DNA of 64,000 bases, taken from NCBI GenBank assembly GCA_964604415.1, contig CAZRYT010000001.1:4818-68817 (forward strand), written 5' to 3'. The DNA comes from an uncultured Candidatus Saccharibacteria bacterium. Lineage in GTDB: Bacteria > Patescibacteriota > Saccharimonadia > Saccharimonadales > CAZJQT01. Under the pieces are notes generated by a model. It saw only the letters and a list, made by a program, of their open reading frames with translations. It had not been told where the DNA came from and ran no database searches. The translations under genes and the position numbers were made by a program. Of this stretch, positions 63,594 to 64,000 are shown piece by piece; the first letter of the stretch is position 1; each line of letters opens with the position of its first letter.

Positions 63594-64000
63594 TTAGGAT
63601 CCAGATCGGCCAGTTGGCTTGTCTAACGACTCTAGAAGGGCTCGGATTCCAGCTTCTTCTATCTCTCTAGCTTCACGTTCGGCTTCGCTTTCTTCGTCGT
63701 CTTCCTCATCTTCAGATAGCATCGAAGCTAGCTCCTCACTGGTTGCGGTTTCTGCCTCGTCATCTAGATCGTCATCTTCGTCAGTAGCTTCGGCTTGATC
63801 TTCAGCTTCGACAGTATAGATTTCTGAGATGCTCTCAAGTACATCCGCGTTTAAGCCACCATGGCCGTCAGAGAAACGTACTAGATCATCTAGTGAATCA
63901 ACCCGCTCAAGCGCAACAGCAAATATAGCTCGGGCAGCTTCATCGGCCAAATCAACGCCATACTGATTGGCTGTGATGACTAGTTCATCGGCGGCAAAAT
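63594..64000 (-). CDS. Highly acidic hypothetical protein, 5' end beyond the right edge
   Basis: The reading frame stays open upstream of the track TTG at 63950 (...FAADELVITANQYGVDLADEAARAIF...). The C-terminal half has D/E runs (DEDDDLDDE, EDEEDDEESE). Confidence 0.55.
   Translation of the reverse strand, partial: FAADELVITANQYGVDLADEAARAIFAVALERVDSLDDLVRFSDGHGGLNADVLESISEIYTVEAEDQAEATDEDDDLDDEAETATSEELASMLSEDEEDDEESEAEREAREIEEAGIRALLESLDKPTGRSGS

Noticed and set aside
1-64000. CRISPR arrays, IS elements or transposases, integrases, prophage structural genes, reverse transcriptase/DGR, restriction-modification systems and toxin-antitoxin pairs.
   Set aside because: I saw no spaced direct-repeat array by eye, and no ORF with DDE, tyrosine or serine recombinase, RT (YxDD) or DNA-methyltransferase motifs. 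The only methyltransferases present are RNA or small-molecule types. A systematic repeat search was not possible by eye.

Overview
This is a very compact bacterial chromosomal segment. I estimate it is more than 90% coding, and many neighbouring genes share 1-4 nt start/stop overlaps. It holds about 70 protein genes, mostly on the minus strand, and one tRNA-Leu(TAG). I found no rRNA, CRISPR array, transposase, integrase or reverse transcriptase. The standard genetic code applies, since TGA, TAA and TAG all terminate recognisable genes.

The content is dominated by housekeeping genes:
- Translation, replication and repair: tig, hisS, rsmD, recG, tyrS, radA, nusA, rnhB, rplS, dnaE, gatCAB, uvrB and pheST.
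- Envelope and proteostasis: a class A PBP, clpC, pepN and a PilB/GspE ATPase.
- Metabolism: malic enzyme, ppa, trxB plus a glutaredoxin-like gene, and a gap-rpiB-rpe-tkt(split)-fba-pfkB sugar-phosphate operon.

Single lineage-specific orphan genes are wedged between the conserved genes. The reduced repertoire, split transketolase, lack of biosynthetic genes and compactness suggest a Patescibacteria/CPR organism, plausibly Saccharibacteria. That assignment is inference only.

The observations most worth follow-up are:
1. A 44-nt duplication of the uvrB 3' end brackets a single 1.36-kb lipoprotein gene. This looks like an att-type integration footprint without a recombinase.
2. A perfect CIRCE operator is fused to the clpC promoter.
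3. A consensus promoter plus an intrinsic terminator sit in the nusA leader, which suggests an attenuator.
4. An unannotated 51-codon Cys-rich ORF is translationally coupled between pheS and pheT.
5. At about 16 transcription-unit heads, a -10 box lies 6-10 nt upstream of the ATG, which is the architecture of leaderless mRNAs.
6. TyrRS has QIGN in place of the HIGH motif.
7. There are orphan loci with no recognisable domains: a 788-aa protein in the infB position, and a four-gene operon containing two or more extremely acidic proteins at the right edge.

None of the orphan loci could be assigned to a known system from sequence alone.
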